Shown here piece after piece: positions 22,901 to 37,900 of a stretch of 64,000 nucleotides of DNA (its first letter is position 1; the number at the start of each line of letters is the position of its first letter). The translations under genes and the position numbers were made by a program. Source of the stretch: Lytechinus pictus. Its lineage: Eukaryota. The stretch covers positions 17,858,001 to 17,922,000 of the forward strand of contig NC_087245.1 of assembly GCF_037042905.1 (NCBI RefSeq), in the 5' to 3' direction. The notes beneath the pieces are model-generated. The model worked only from the letters and a program-made list of their open reading frames with translations. It did not search any database and was not told where the DNA came from.

Positions 22901-25900
22901 ACAATAGCAGTCAACAATACAAACTGGTGAGTCTAAATTATTGTAGCTGTCCTATTGTGAATAGATTCCATTACCTACATGAGTTATGCAGTTACTATAA
23001 GCTTATAAGCTTCAGTTCGACAATAAGAGAAAAAAAATTGTTTTACAGAAATACAGCATCATGGGATATATTGTCAAAATTATAAAACTTTGACAAAATG
23101 AAATAATCCTACTGTATGTAAATAGAAAAATTTCTTTTTTTTCTTGAGAGTTGTGCCTCTCCATGAAATTGCAAATTAAAGCAAACTAAGATGAATTTTA
23201 AATTTCAGTTGATTTTATTTGTCATTAGAATCTTGATAAAGTCTTTGTCTTATGGCATCATATCAATTACTTTGATTGGGAATGTCCATTGTTTCTCTTT
23301 TTTTGTGTTCTTGTTTTTAGTGCTGTGCCGATGTTTGCCCAGATACAGCAGAAATGGAGGCGGATGTACACAGGTGTATGTGAAGCCCCTGGGGTTCGAA
23401 CAACCTTTGACATTGTCCATCTCAAAAGAATACCTCATCAGTACAATCACCTAGAAGGGCTTGTCAATGTCTTCAAATCAAAACTGGTAAAATTGCACGT
23501 GTCTGTTTCAGAACTTTTTTAAATATCCAATTGGGAAATGTGTCTTTGTCATGGCTCCTTTTGAAATTGAAGCAGTTCAGTAACTTATTGATAATATTGT
23601 GCTTAATTTCCTTTTTGTCTGAAAGAAATTGCTAATTTTTTATTTTATTGAACTAAACATTGCTTTTAATTATTAGTCCTGTATGCAAAATCATTTTAGA
23701 TGGTACAAAAATTTGTCCATAATTTATGGAACTTATTTTTACCACACTTTCCATTTATTCATTGAGTCACTTCATCATTTAATTTTAATGTATTCAACTA
23801 TGAATTTATTTGTATTGAGTTCCTTGCCTAATTATTCTTTTTTAATTAGATTTATCTGCTAACTAAACTTTCATGTATCTTCATAGAAATTTGCATTACT
23901 TGTGATAGTCATTATGCTTATAAATATACATGTACATGCTTCCAATTCAGGCATCCCCTGTTTCACCAATCCCTGAAGTCAACGTAGCAGTAAGATTCAC
24001 CTATGTACTTCATGACTGGACTCAGTTCTCCTGGCCCCTTCTCCCTCCAGGTATGTGATCATATACTAAGAAGAAATGAGTTGTGTCTTTCATGTTAAAG
24101 ATTAGTTTAAAAAATCAGATCCATTATAGCATCCTACTTGATTTAAACCACCATTTTCTATTGGATGGAGGGAAGATTGATAATTTTGCTTTCTTTAAAA
24201 TTTGCAATTTTCTTTTATCATTCTGTGTCCCTTTCCAGTGGTGTGATATGTAATCTGTTACCTTCTCTGTCAATGTTACCCCCCTTCCTCTCCCTCTCAT
24301 TCCCTCCCTTACCACCTGTATTTCTCTTTTCCTTGCTTTTTCTCTCCTGTTCATTTGGCTACCTTTTCATTTCACAAAGTCCACTTTTGTCTGTTATTTT
24401 CCATATGAATTTTTCATATGATGTAGCTCGTACTGTATCTGTTTGACACAACTTTGTCTTTCTGTCTGCCTCTGTATGTGTGACTCTCTATCATTCTCCC
24501 CTGTCTCTCCCCCTCCCTTTCAGCTTTCTTCTCATTTTCATGTGTATGGTTTCTATCTCTCGTTCTATCTTGACCCCCCCCCCCCCAGTCATTATGAGAT
24601 CAATATTTGACACATGTTCTTTCTCTTTCTCTCACTTTCTCTATCTCTCCTTTACAGATCTTGATATGTTAGAAGATGATAATGATGTAGGATACCCTGG
24701 TTTCACCAATCTGCCGTACGGGGCTGTAGAAGATCCCGTTAGCGAGCTTCATCTAGCAGCCACGTGGCCCTCTTTTGCCGAGGACATGATTGTTGATAAC
24801 GACGCTTTCTCGTAAGGAAACAATACTTGTACTTGATTCCCAAATGAACATGACTGAGTACACTTCATATTTAGATGTGTTATTTGTGGATGTATTATAC
24901 AAAGTAGTGCTACATTTAATTTCAATCTGATGAGCATATCCAAGTACTTCTGTAATAGTTCGTATGTTCATGCTAATTTTGTTCAGTCCATGTAGTCTTG
25001 AGATCCTTCACCATGTCACTGTGAATCTGTGGTCATAACATAGACAAACCTTGTCTGCACTGCTGTACCCCTGATGTTTGCTTTTGTCAATAAGTTTTGT
25101 ACTAAGACAGATTTTATAGTTTGTGTGCCCAAAAATGAATATGGAATTTGTTGACTTGTATCATTCTAAAAACTAAGATGAATGAATTTGGTTGACTGAA
25201 CATATGGTAGTGTAATTTTACAGTGTTGAATTGAGTCATAAGATGGAGAAATTACTATGAAAATGTTCTTATGATTCTGACAATTACCTACTAACATTTT
25301 TTTTTGGGGGGTGTCCTTTTCCACTAGCATATCTTGGTTTTATTTGGTCTGGTTAGAATTCCTCAATAGAAAGTATTAGGTATATTCTGTGATCAAGTTG
25401 GTATAAAAGCTCCTTATGAACTTTTTTCTGTTATTATTTCCAGTGATCTTGATCCTCTTCAGGCCCCTCAGTGGTCAGCCAGAGTGCACATGACAGAGAA
25501 TCCTAGTAGCCTACTTGGTAAGTTACCATTAAGATTAGCAATGTAGCCTTTGATATCAGGATTTTATCAAAGACTGCTTTTTGCATGATTTTTTAGAGGA
25601 AAGTGGTAACAATTTGTTTGGTATTCCTTTCATCTGTGATTTCCTTAGACCAGTTGGAACAAATATTAATGTAAAATGTTTAAGTTCATATGACTTAAAC
25701 ACACTAGCTTTAGTCAAGGAGAGAAATCAGTCAGTATGATCTTGTCATAGTACAATTTTGATAAATCGGTTGTTTCTAACATAATTTTTAACTTGTTCTA
25801 TTTGACTTCACGCTTATGTTAAGAAAACTGTTTGAAAATGTATGCCCTTCCAAACCAATTCCTCAGCACACACTTTCTTGTACCTGGTATTATGATAACG

Positions 25901-28900
25901 TTGCAGCTATATATGGGACTTATGAAACTTCTGAAGTTTGACAAAAAAATTCAATTCTTATGAGCAAGGCAGGAAGTTGCACAGGCAATTAGCTGGAAGA
26001 TGTCATTAAAAAATGATTTATTTTCTTTGTTTTGCCCTGCAGCTGACTACTTAAAAGGTTTTGCCAAGCTTGCCCATAGTAAAGAATCCATTGATCAACT
26101 CCTAGGTGGAGGTGCTTTTGAAGATGATGATGATGGTAGGTAACAGTATGAACAAGAATGACAGTAATACCGATAGATGTAATGTTAATAGTGGAGTATT
26201 GATATTATATGCTTTTCTAAGATTCCTTTTAAAAAATGTGAACAACTTTGTGCAGGAATCATGCTCAACTTTTTTCACTTTAAATTCTACTTAATCCTAC
26301 ACTTTATCCAAAGACAAAAAAATGGGGATTGAGAATGCTTCTATGAAGTCCTGCATGCAGTTAAGCTTTATGAAATGGCCCTCAGGTCACATTCGTAAAG
26401 TGGAGATTACTTCTTCATCATATATTTGATTAAAGAATGAATAACCTTTGCTTTTTAAATGAATAGTTTATAGTTCTTCTTGCTTTTATAGTAACACTTT
26501 TCATTTACAATTATAATGAAATTAATCTTCCTTTAATCAAACATTTAGAACTTTAAAGTAGTTACAATCTTTGACCTTCAGTCATTCATAATTATCTCTG
26601 TATAGTGATGAAATACACTTAATCTTTTTATTTTCAGAAACCTCTGAGCAGGTTAGTTTAGCCCTTCATAGGTTAACAGACCCAGCCCGTGTCCCATTTC
26701 CCACGCTGTCTTCGGTGATGAGCAGAGCACAAGCAGCACAGCGTAGGAGACGAACCCAGGGCAATCAGGCATCTAGATTAGAGTCACCTATACCAGTCAA
26801 CATCCTCAATGACATCTTAGTGGTAAGAATATCTTTCTTGAACTCTTTCATGGACCCTTATGTTTCTTTTTTTTGGTCTTGTTCGTTTTTTTAATCACAA
26901 AAAAATATTGCAGGTCATCTATAGCTCTTTGCTCTTGTATACATGTGAATGAAACATTGTACTGCTTCATTGTTAAAGTTATTAGACTGTATGACTTGAA
27001 TGTGTTTTAATGACAAGACAAGTTGTCAGATTTGATAATTTTCCTTTTTGATTTGCTGAGAATCACATGTATCTGGTTGTTGCTTTTGTAATTGCAGGAT
27101 GAAATAATTAATAGGGGGGAAAATCTGACAAGTCTTTTCATTAAATGTTCCTTAGCTTTCCTTGTTACACCCATTAAAACTAATGATTATTTTGAAGATA
27201 TTGAGGACTATTTGTTTGTAAGGTTTTTAAGACAAAGATGAAAGAGCAAAATTCTTATTACAGTTGTTGTATTAAATTGTTCCGATGTGCAATTTTGCTA
27301 CATTTGTACACAAACTGTAATTAACGATAGTCTTCATCTTTAGCAAAATATAGAACTGTGAAAATTGACTGCATCAACAAAGTTCAGATGCCATAATTCT
27401 CTTTTTCCTTCTTTAGTTCTTGTTTCCCGATGCGAGTACAGTATCTACCCCAGCTGGTGAGAGTGCATCTACGCCTAATGAAGATACTGAAAAAGATTTT
27501 GATAAAAAGGTAACAAATGCTAGATCAATACCTATTAATAATACATAAGTCTGCATAGGTTGAAAAATATTGCATCAATACCTACTCATAATACACTTAA
27601 ATTTGCATTAGTTGACTGTCAATAAGTCGATTAATGCTTGATGAAGCTTTTTCTTTAATCCAGATTATGTATGTTATATTTACCAGTTTTAAGTCATTTT
27701 TTTCCAAAGTGAAGTAGATTTCTGTGGTCTCAAGATATTTTGGTTTAGACTCACCTTGCGATCTGAAATCACAAGTATGATGATGAAATAAACTATTGTA
27801 ATGATAATCAAAATGGTTAAACACTGGTTTTCTACTTTATATGAGATAATATGAAGAGTATGTTAGAAATATGCTTGCAGATGTACAGGGGATGTTTGCA
27901 GAAAGATTTGCCATAATTTGCAACATGATTTTCAACCTGTCAATAGCATGTTTTTGAGAGTTTGTTTTTTTAGTTGCTTTTCCAGGTGGAATGAGAAAAT
28001 GTTCATATTCATATTACTTTCATTAAGCATCTTTATATACCTTTTGACCAAAAATAAAATAAGGATGTATGCCACATGTTCTCAAGATAAAAGTTTTTTT
28101 AGTTAACTATCTGTTGAAATCAACAGTTGAAGTCAGGCCAAGAGATTGCCCAAAGTAAGATCTCCATACCATGGTCCTTATATAATGTGTTACTGAATCT
28201 CTTTGTTACGTATAATCTTATAATATCATTCAGCAATTTGACAATACATGTATATGAGAAAAATGAACCATTGGAATGTTAGTGACAAAAATTGAAATCT
28301 TAATAGAAGGAGAAATAATTCTTTTGCCAAACTTCAAGACGTTATATACACTATCATACTCATATATTTGATTTCAACATAAATATTATGATTATTTAGG
28401 GTAGTAAATATCTCAGCCTGAGATGATGGATAAGTAAATATCTTGAATCTCATTCTTTGTAGGAGAGATATCGGCACTTCAAGACAGCTCCTGAATCCAG
28501 CTTGACCTATAAGCTAGCTATAAGTATGTGTGTTGTCAACCAGTGTCACGGAGGACTCAAAGGCGTTGCGCACCTTTGGCATGAATTTGTTTTAGAGATG
28601 AGGTATCGACTTGAAAATAATTACAATATACCAGGGTAAGAACAGAGTCAATTCATTTTGAAATACCTGTATGTTAAAGTTATGGTAAATATGCAATATG
28701 TGCTGCACTCAACCCAGGTGAGGTGAATGGGTACCCGGTAGGAAGAAATTCCTTGAATGCTTTGAGCGCCTAGGCAGCCCAGCTAAAGCAGGGGTAATAA
28801 TAATAGCAGGGCCCACAGGGAGAACAGTTTTCAGAACTGAAGTGGCTTCCCTGGGTAAATATACCTATATTATTATATTCTTATTATTGTCAATATTATA

Positions 28901-31900
28901 TAAACATAATCTATTTTCTTGGTATGAAATTCATTATTAGATTAAATTAAGGAGTTTATTTAACAAAAATAATATTGTGTGGCAGAACATGTGGTACAGC
29001 ATGGAATCTCATATTTATGTATAAAATTACTATTAAAATATTGAAGTTAAAACTTAAAAAACAGTTGGCTCACCAATAAAAATATTTATTATAGAATTAT
29101 TGTTATAAACCAAATCTCAAGCATAGAGCTGTCCAAAATCTCAGTATACAGTATAAATGTATATACACCTATAGAGCATTCTAATATACAATTGCTAACT
29201 TTGTAAGATAAATGTTTTTTTCGAAAGGGTTTTTATTCATAAAAATAAAAACATTACCAACAGGGTGCTGCCGTGAATCTGAACATCATAAAGAATCAGT
29301 CACAAAAAAGTGATCTGACAATCACTGCGCTTTTGTGTATTAATTGGAATGCCAGAATAACAGTTTTGTACAATGCACATTAGGGATAGTTTCCTAGCCT
29401 TTGGACTAGCTTTTGTAGACATGTGTGATGTAGCACACTATCACCATTGTGAGCAAAATAAAGTATCATTTTAAAACAAAAATTGCTTTTAATTTGTTTA
29501 ATATAGTCTTGGATCAACAACTCCTAACATGGGATGCTGTCTTCTTCATCAAAAGTTACAGGTAAGTGAGGTGATTGGTGTATGAAAGAATGAATTAAAA
29601 GATAAATTGCAAGATTAATTTTAAATGAAGTTGTTTTATATCTAAATGATACCATGATATATGAAGCATAACTGTGTGATTTTGTATCAATCACCACCAC
29701 TTAACAAGGTAACATCTATTTAGCTTTCAGTTCAGATTTCTATTTGGTCTTGTCTTTAGGTTGCATTCAAGAGTCAATTTCCCCAGAATCATGATTTTGA
29801 AACACATTTCATTGGAAATATTAGATTTAAGCAATTGTCATATTATTATATTGATATTAGGCCGTGTTTATGCTTCCACTTTTCAGGCCAGAATCAGCGT
29901 TTCCAAACGTGATTAGTCCAAAACACGGTTGCGTCCATGCTTACTTTCATTTAAACGCTGTTTCAAAACACCGATCGTGAACTCACAAAAAGGTGCGTTT
30001 GTAAACGTCATTTGACCAGAATCAGGCTTTCTGGGGAAGTATAAACAGAACCATGATCGTAAACGTGTTTAAATGACGTCATTTGGTACATGCTTCCGGT
30101 GAGATGAAAATCCGCGGGCAAATACAGTCGCATTGCTCCATGGTCGCATGTTACCTCCACGGAATTACCTCTCATCTCCCTTGTTTTGCTTTAGTACTAT
30201 TTTGTCATCACGATGAACGTTGAGGGATTTACACCAAAAAATAACCTGGAACATGAGTTATAATGAGGAGACATCGCAAGATGCCCCTGTAGCATAAACA
30301 AATAGATATTTTATTATTGTGTATACTTAATATTCTTCTTTTATTTTACTATATCCTCACCATGGTGGAAATTATATGGCTTTATCAAGAAGCTCCATGC
30401 AATGACTAAAATATCGGAAATTGTTCGATGTTTATATTACAGTCGACGTACCTTCCCCATAACAACACTCAAACAAAAAAACTTTCGAAAAAGGGCGCGC
30501 CCAATTTGACCTCGCTTTCCTGCTCAACGAAAATTACAATGCGAAGCCAGCTGGAGATCGTGATTTCGCCTCTGAAAAGTTAAGCATAAACAGCACTCCC
30601 AGAACCACGTTTACGATCGGCGTTTTGGATCGACGTTTGAAAACGCTGATTCTGTCCTCGCAGTGGAAGCATAAACACACCCTTGATGGGATGTGTTTTC
30701 AAACACATTTCTGCCAGAATCTTGATTTCTGGTATCGCTGGAATGCAAGAGATTTTGTTTTGTTAATGACATTACACTACTCTGTTGAGGCAGGTACAAT
30801 TTGAATGTATGCTTTTAATTTCATCTAAGGATAACTTTTCCCTTGTACAGTGTCCTAAGAAATCCTATCATGGCAAATAAATGAATGCTTGAAAGCTCTC
30901 GTGCAGGAACAGCAATACAAAATGCAAATATAGATTCTCATACATGTCGAGATACCTCAACTCAAATGTCCTCATATAATGGGGCTTTGCAAATTGTTGC
31001 AAGAAACTCATTTCAATCAATTGCAAATGTAAGTTACATGTACTAATCTGCAACTGATAGATCAATGCAAACTATGCTGAATTAATAAGTACTTTATGTT
31101 TGTAAGAAACAAACCAGGAATCAATTGCAAAGTTGCAATTATCAACAATTAATTTGGAGACTTATAATTGATTTAACCTCCTAAAATTGATTTTTTATTG
31201 ATTACAAATATCTTGCAACACCCTCTTAAATACATTTTCATTGTTCCTGAAATTCCCTTTTTATCTCTCTCATTCTTTTTATATAGATGCTTAATTGTTG
31301 CATTGACCGTAAGAAGGATAGGGAAGAGAGGCGGAAACGACTATACTCTAAAGACTCAAACCCACCAAACAGTAGTGTCTCATCAGATCAAACAGATGAT
31401 AGAGGGAGCCCTTCAAGAGAATCCTCAGCAGAGGGAGGAGCTCCATCAAACGAGCAAATCACCCGGATCGTGAGGGCTGCATCGTCACGTAGTAAGGAAA
31501 GTGATGATAGCGAGGAGGAATTCTTTGAGTGCGATGATGCGACACCGCCTGATGAAGGAGGATTGGAGGAACAGTCTCTCAACTCAAGAAATGTGTGCAG
31601 AGAAAATGATGGTGAGTAGTATCTTGTCATTTTATTTCACTTTTTTTTGCATTCTAACATTCTTTCTGCAGGGCATATTAATATACAAAGTGCACCAACA
31701 AAGTCTAGCCTATTCTTAAGTATGGTTTGGGGCAAGCATCATGGCAGTTCAGCTGAAGAATATTGGTGGCATAGAATTTGATGTTGTCATTCTGATAATC
31801 AGATTTGTTGTAAAACATACAATTCTTGCATAAACAAAGAAATTAAAATATTTTCCATCCATAAAATAGCAATTTACTAGAAATACCTTTGAGTTTAATA

Positions 31901-34900
31901 TAGTCATCATGCAGTAGAAATGTCTTATCAATGAAGATTATTTCATTCTGTAGTTCTAAGTTTTGCTAATGTTCATTTCCAGTCTTAGGAATAATAAAGA
32001 ATGTTTCGTTTACTTTTAATTTTGATGCCACAGGAAAGCCGCATTCGTGAAAACATGGTCATGTTTTCACCAAGCTCATGGTTATGTCAGAATTTAGAAA
32101 TCATGCTAACACATATCAAATTTTGCTGTTGCATATTCTATGAGTACTCTACTATGAAGGAATGCCAGTTACTGAATTCTTAAGTACAGGAATAACTCAG
32201 TTGCTTGTCAATTCCATTCTGTCATGTTACCTCACCTCAGAATGTAATGTACATCTGTTGTGGCATATATATATATATATATATATCGTAGCTTAATTTT
32301 TGTGTACCTCCTACTTTCCTCTGATGGCGTGTAGAACATGAAGACATGGACATCTCATTAGAAGATGCAGAAAGTAAAGATGTAGGAAATGAGAAGGATC
32401 AAGGTTCAAGAAAAGAAGACGAAGGAAAGGAAGGGATGAAACCGGAAGGAAGATTAAAACCATGCGGAGAACTCAGATTACTACACACCAATGAAGTTCT
32501 GTACATTCCAGTTACCCAGGTGAGTTGCATTACTGGAATTTTCAGTCAGGCCAAGTCAAATCTCTTAGAATCAAATATAGTTTTTTGACTGATGGAGTGT
32601 TTCAAAATATTTATTTGTAATTGAAAGCAAACATCATTTGCAATTTTGCAATCGATTGATTGATGCATGTCAGATGATTTTTGAAGTGCGTGTTTGACCA
32701 AACATTTGGCTTTGACCCTGATCTTGATATCCTTATTGATAGGATCCAGCACCTATGACAGAAGATATGTTAGAGGAACATGCTGAGGTCTTAGCCCAAC
32801 TTGGAACCTCCTCAGAAGGGATGGAACTTAGAGCCAGGATGCAGAGTGCTTGCCTTTTGTCAGATATGGAGTCTTTCAAGGTAAAGTTTTAATTGAAATG
32901 CAGTCATTGTTTTTGATCAAGTACCTCCATTTCTGGTGGATTAATAGGCACTTAGCAAAGCACATTTTTGTTTCTGCAATGTATATATACAGTTGAGGCC
33001 AGAAGTTTACATACACCCAAGAAATTCGAACAAAAGTTGACACTTGCGAAACATCATAAAATTTACTGTATGTTTTTGAAATATTTGTGCTATCATGACG
33101 AATTTGATATCAAAGAAATGAGTATGTGATGCCCCTTCATCACATTGCTTTGTCATCAGGAGCTGAAAAATATTTAGGTGCCATTTTCCCCCAAGAATCT
33201 TCATATTTTAGACAAATTAAAAATAAAAACTTGACAAAACTTTTCATATTTGTGCTAGTCACTTCTTAACACAAAAATTTCAGATTACAATTTTTTGTTC
33301 AGTGGTGATATATCATGATAGAAAGTGTCATATAAATCATAGATATGAATTTATATATTTGTGTGAAACGATGTTTGAAAATATAATAACAAACAATAGA
33401 ATACGTTTGGCATGAATATTAATTTTTTCCTTCAAAGAAAATTTCACCTGAAATATACTTTAATCCCAACGGCATCCCAATCATGTGAAAGAGCTTAATA
33501 TGCTCTTTCATTTGATACCAAATTCGTCATGGTAGTATTTATATTTCTGAAGATAAAATAAATTTTATGATGTTTGGCAAGCGAACAAATTTCACTGAAT
33601 TCCATGGGTGTATGTAAACTTTTGACCTCAACTGTATATATCTGTAAATCATAAAGGGAAGATGTGGGAAAAGTTTATGATTATTGCGAAGTTTTGAAAT
33701 TGAATTCAAGGTTCTTAAGTTCAGAAAGAAAATTATGGTAAAATAGTCCAACTGAAAGGATTGTTTTTAAATGTTGTTCAAAATAGGACCAAAACAGCAA
33801 AGATATTCTTGCCAAACATACGTGACCCATCCCATTCATGCACATTTGTGCAGTACCTGAAGTTCCTTTATTCCAAATTCTTAATATCATGCAGCAATTC
33901 TTCAGTGCATTATAATCAGTATTTTCCAATCATTTCAAGACAATTAAATCTGATAATCAGAACGAAACTTTAATGAGCTTACATGTCAAACCTTTGACCC
34001 TTAGGCTGCCAACCCAGGATGCACTCTGGAAGACTTCGTAAGATGGTACTCCCCTCGGGATTGGGTGGATCTGGATGACCCTCTTATGCCGGCCGATGAA
34101 CAGGGGTCAGAGGGCAGGGTCAGAGGTCAACTCAGCCAGAGAATGCAGGTAAATGAAATGAAAATTTATTTTAAATTCTTAAGATTTCTTAAGAATCTTG
34201 TCTGTCAGATTCACTGCATGCAGTTTGTCACAGTAATATTCATGCTCCCTCATCATTCATAAATATAAAAACTGGAGGATTAAAGATAAATTCCAGTTGT
34301 GGGAACGATCTCCAAATTAATTTTTACAGAATTTAATATAATGATCACCAAAGTGTCTGTTTGTATGAATAAAAAATATGTCACTATGTGCCAAAGGATT
34401 GTGGAAGAAATTGTGTAATTGCAGAGAAATAAGCAAAATAATTGCGGATTTGGTGACTTCCGTCGGGTCTTTATTCCAGCAATAATAATACACTGTCCCA
34501 CATGTGCCTTTCTGTGTTGGTGATCTTCAGTGTGATCGTTTTTTAGCTAGATATTATGATTTCACAAAGTTCAGTTTTTGTTACTGTACCAGATCTAGAT
34601 CCATGATGATATTTCAATACTTTACCTTGGTTTTACAGACTTTCTCGCGAAATCAGTGTTTTACTGCAACCACGTTCATTTAGCTTTAAAAGATGTCAAG
34701 AGGAATTCCTTCTTTAACCTGCAGTGAAGTAGTTTCCAATGGTGATGGTGCTGGTGTGATACCTGATCGCTAAGAAAGCATGAATGCTTGTATGCAAGCA
34801 ACCAGAGGAGTAAAAGTACTCTTGGAAGAAATTCTTTTGAAAACAAGACTGCAAATACATTATTGGTTCAATTGTTGAGGTGCAAATGCCCAATCTGTTT

Positions 34901-37900
34901 CTTTGGTTTTCAGCTTGCTATCTTTTAGTTTGGTATGAGTAGATCTGAAAAATGATGGTCTTGTCTAATTTTGTTTGTGTTAACAGTTGCCAGGTAACAC
35001 ATGGCAGGAGGTTTGGAGTCAGTCGAGAGCTGTTCCTAGTCATCGGCAGAAGAGATTGTTTGATGATACCAAGGAAGCAGAAAAGGTCCTCCATTTCTTA
35101 GCATCTCTGAAACCTTCCGAGCTAGTCTTACACCTCTTACCTGCCCTGGTCCATGCCGCTCTGCAAAGACTGGAAAAAGCAGGTAGGATGGTGATGGTTA
35201 TTTGAGTTTTTTTTATTTGTGATGGCAATTGCGATAATGGTGGTGGTGAAGTTTAGATGATGATGACAACAACGACGACGATGATGGTGATTATGATATT
35301 GATGATGGTGATAATGATGATGATTATGATTATAATGGTGAATAATGATTAAAGTGATGCTGGTGCTGATGATACTGGATATCTCAAATTTCTTATTACG
35401 TTGATCACAATGATGTCTGTTAGGACAGTGGTAATGCTTTTATTACAGTGATCACTCACACTTATAACATGGGAGCATAGGGCCATAATTACTGCGCTAT
35501 AAATTAAGTACTGTTGCGGTACGTATGATGATTATGATTATGAAGATAAATGTGATTGGGAAACTGATCATCTCAAATTCCCCGGGATATTTGGCCGATT
35601 ATTTTGCATTCACCTTCTTTTTATCATGTTTAGGTGCAGAGAAAGTACCATCTCTGAAGCCTCATTTTCCTCAGCTTCTGAACACTGCATCCAGGATGAC
35701 CAGAGCACCTGTCCAAGATATCAAGAAATACGAGGTCAGTATTAAACCAAAGTATATCTGCCTTTCAAGAATTGGAAGTCATTGGTGAGGGATTGCAACC
35801 TCTGTACTCCTCTGGCTATAATAACAATTCATTGAATAGACTTCCTCATCTACCACCTCCTCTTTGTGAATTTATATCTTCGTAATATTTTTTTCTTTCT
35901 CTATTTAATGTCTTTTTCCTTCCTGTGGAGTTTGATGCTTGTTTCTCTTGTTATCCTTCCTTGCCTCATTCTACAACTCTTTCAACCAAAGATTATCAGA
36001 TAAATACAAAAATATGTTTTATTGCATCTGTTACTGTATGTTGCAGGTGCCAAGTTACACTTTTTGAGTTTGGAGATTGCACTGAATTACTTGTGAATTA
36101 AAGAAATATATTTCATCTCAGTTAGCAGCACATAGCATTCTGTTCTTCCTACTATTTTGGAAGCCTATAAAGCTGTACAAGAACAGTTATTAAGTTATGC
36201 ACAACCTTCTAAACAGTCCAAATATGAAGTGCCAAATTGAACTTAAGTTAGACCATGGTCTAACTCTGTGCTAAAATTATGGGAAGCCAAAGGTGTCAAA
36301 ATTTGTATTAAGTTGTATGTTTCTTATGTTTACTCTGCTCTTTCCTGATTCATCGATGGTGAAGACAATCATTTTTTTATACTTCCTAGACAATTATGAA
36401 TGATTTGAGAGCAAATGAGCTGAAATATGATATCTCTACTGATTTATGTAACAATTGGCTGTCCATACTTAAACCACAACTTTAAACCTGAGTTTAAGTT
36501 AAACCCGACTTCATAATATGGGCCTAAGTGTTTCTAACATGTGATGGTATTTTCGTCATGGTGAAATTTACTAAGCAATATTCTCAAAATATAGCTTGAG
36601 TACATTCATTGAAGTAAAAATTGAGAAAATGTAAAAATTGATTAAAAAAAGGGTGGTCATACAAAGGCTGATTATCTTATGGAATATCTTGTTAGTTAAT
36701 ATGATAACAAATGATTGAGTAACCCTCTTGGCTTAATACATTCCAACCATTGCTAGAATTTATTGTAACATTACAAACTGCTTTATGGAATAGTCCCCCT
36801 ATTTCATCTTTTTGTCATACAGGAAATAGTTAAGCAGGTCGGGCTTGTAGAAGTCATCATTGCAAGAGACCAGTCCCTCCGAGCCAAGTTTCTCCCCTCC
36901 CCTGATAGTGGAACAGACCATCTAAGCCATGCAGGTGTGCATGAATTGGAGGAGTTTGTGACCAAACTACAGGAGCAGCCGGAGGTGTTTGTTCACAAGG
37001 CTGGGAGGGGCGTGGTAGGAGGCATTATTCATAAACTCTACAGTGCTGCCCAACGGGTTAGTTCAATCATATTTTCATAGTTAAGATGAATTATGAATGA
37101 TCCATTCATGTTACACATCATTTTTTTAGTAGGGCAGTGCCAATCAAACCAATTAGTAATTACTATGTCTTAACATAATAAAATACTAAGTGTTTGTTTG
37201 TACATACCTGATGATAATAGTAAGACAATTTTCTTCATTTTCTACAACTGTATTTAGTCACATGTTATTGTAAAACCATATTTTAATGGGTATTAATCTT
37301 TTGTAGATTTGTGTACTCTTTTCTTAAGTAACACAATTTTTTTTTTGGGGGGGGGGTGGTGGTAGGGGCAATTAAATGATGGAATATTGAGTATACATGT
37401 ATCTTGGATCTTTAAGTAATTTGGTCTTGGCAAGTATCATGTATGTTGAACAATAGATTATAATATGAGTACATCATCCATCTTTTGATTTTCACGATTA
37501 ATTCTACATTATAGTCAGTACAATCAATCTTTAAAAAAATGCTCTACGATGATTGTTAAGCTTTGTATTACGTGCCCCAGATGGGTAGATTGATACAGGT
37601 TTTGTAATAAATGCTATCAAGATATTTATGAATGACTACTGCCATTAATGAAGATGTACTTGGATATGCATTATATACTCTTTCATAATCAGCATACTAA
37701 TTTTTTTCAGTAGATTTGTCATTACTTGACTGTATTACAATCACTGATAGTAATTAGAACCACTCAGCTCTTTGGTTTGCAAGATTACCTAATCCATTTA
37801 AAATGTAATAAATTCACTGACATTTCTTTTTGCAGTCTGCTCATATGCTAACGGATGACTCATTACATCAGGAAGACAATAGTGAAAGTTACTCATCACC

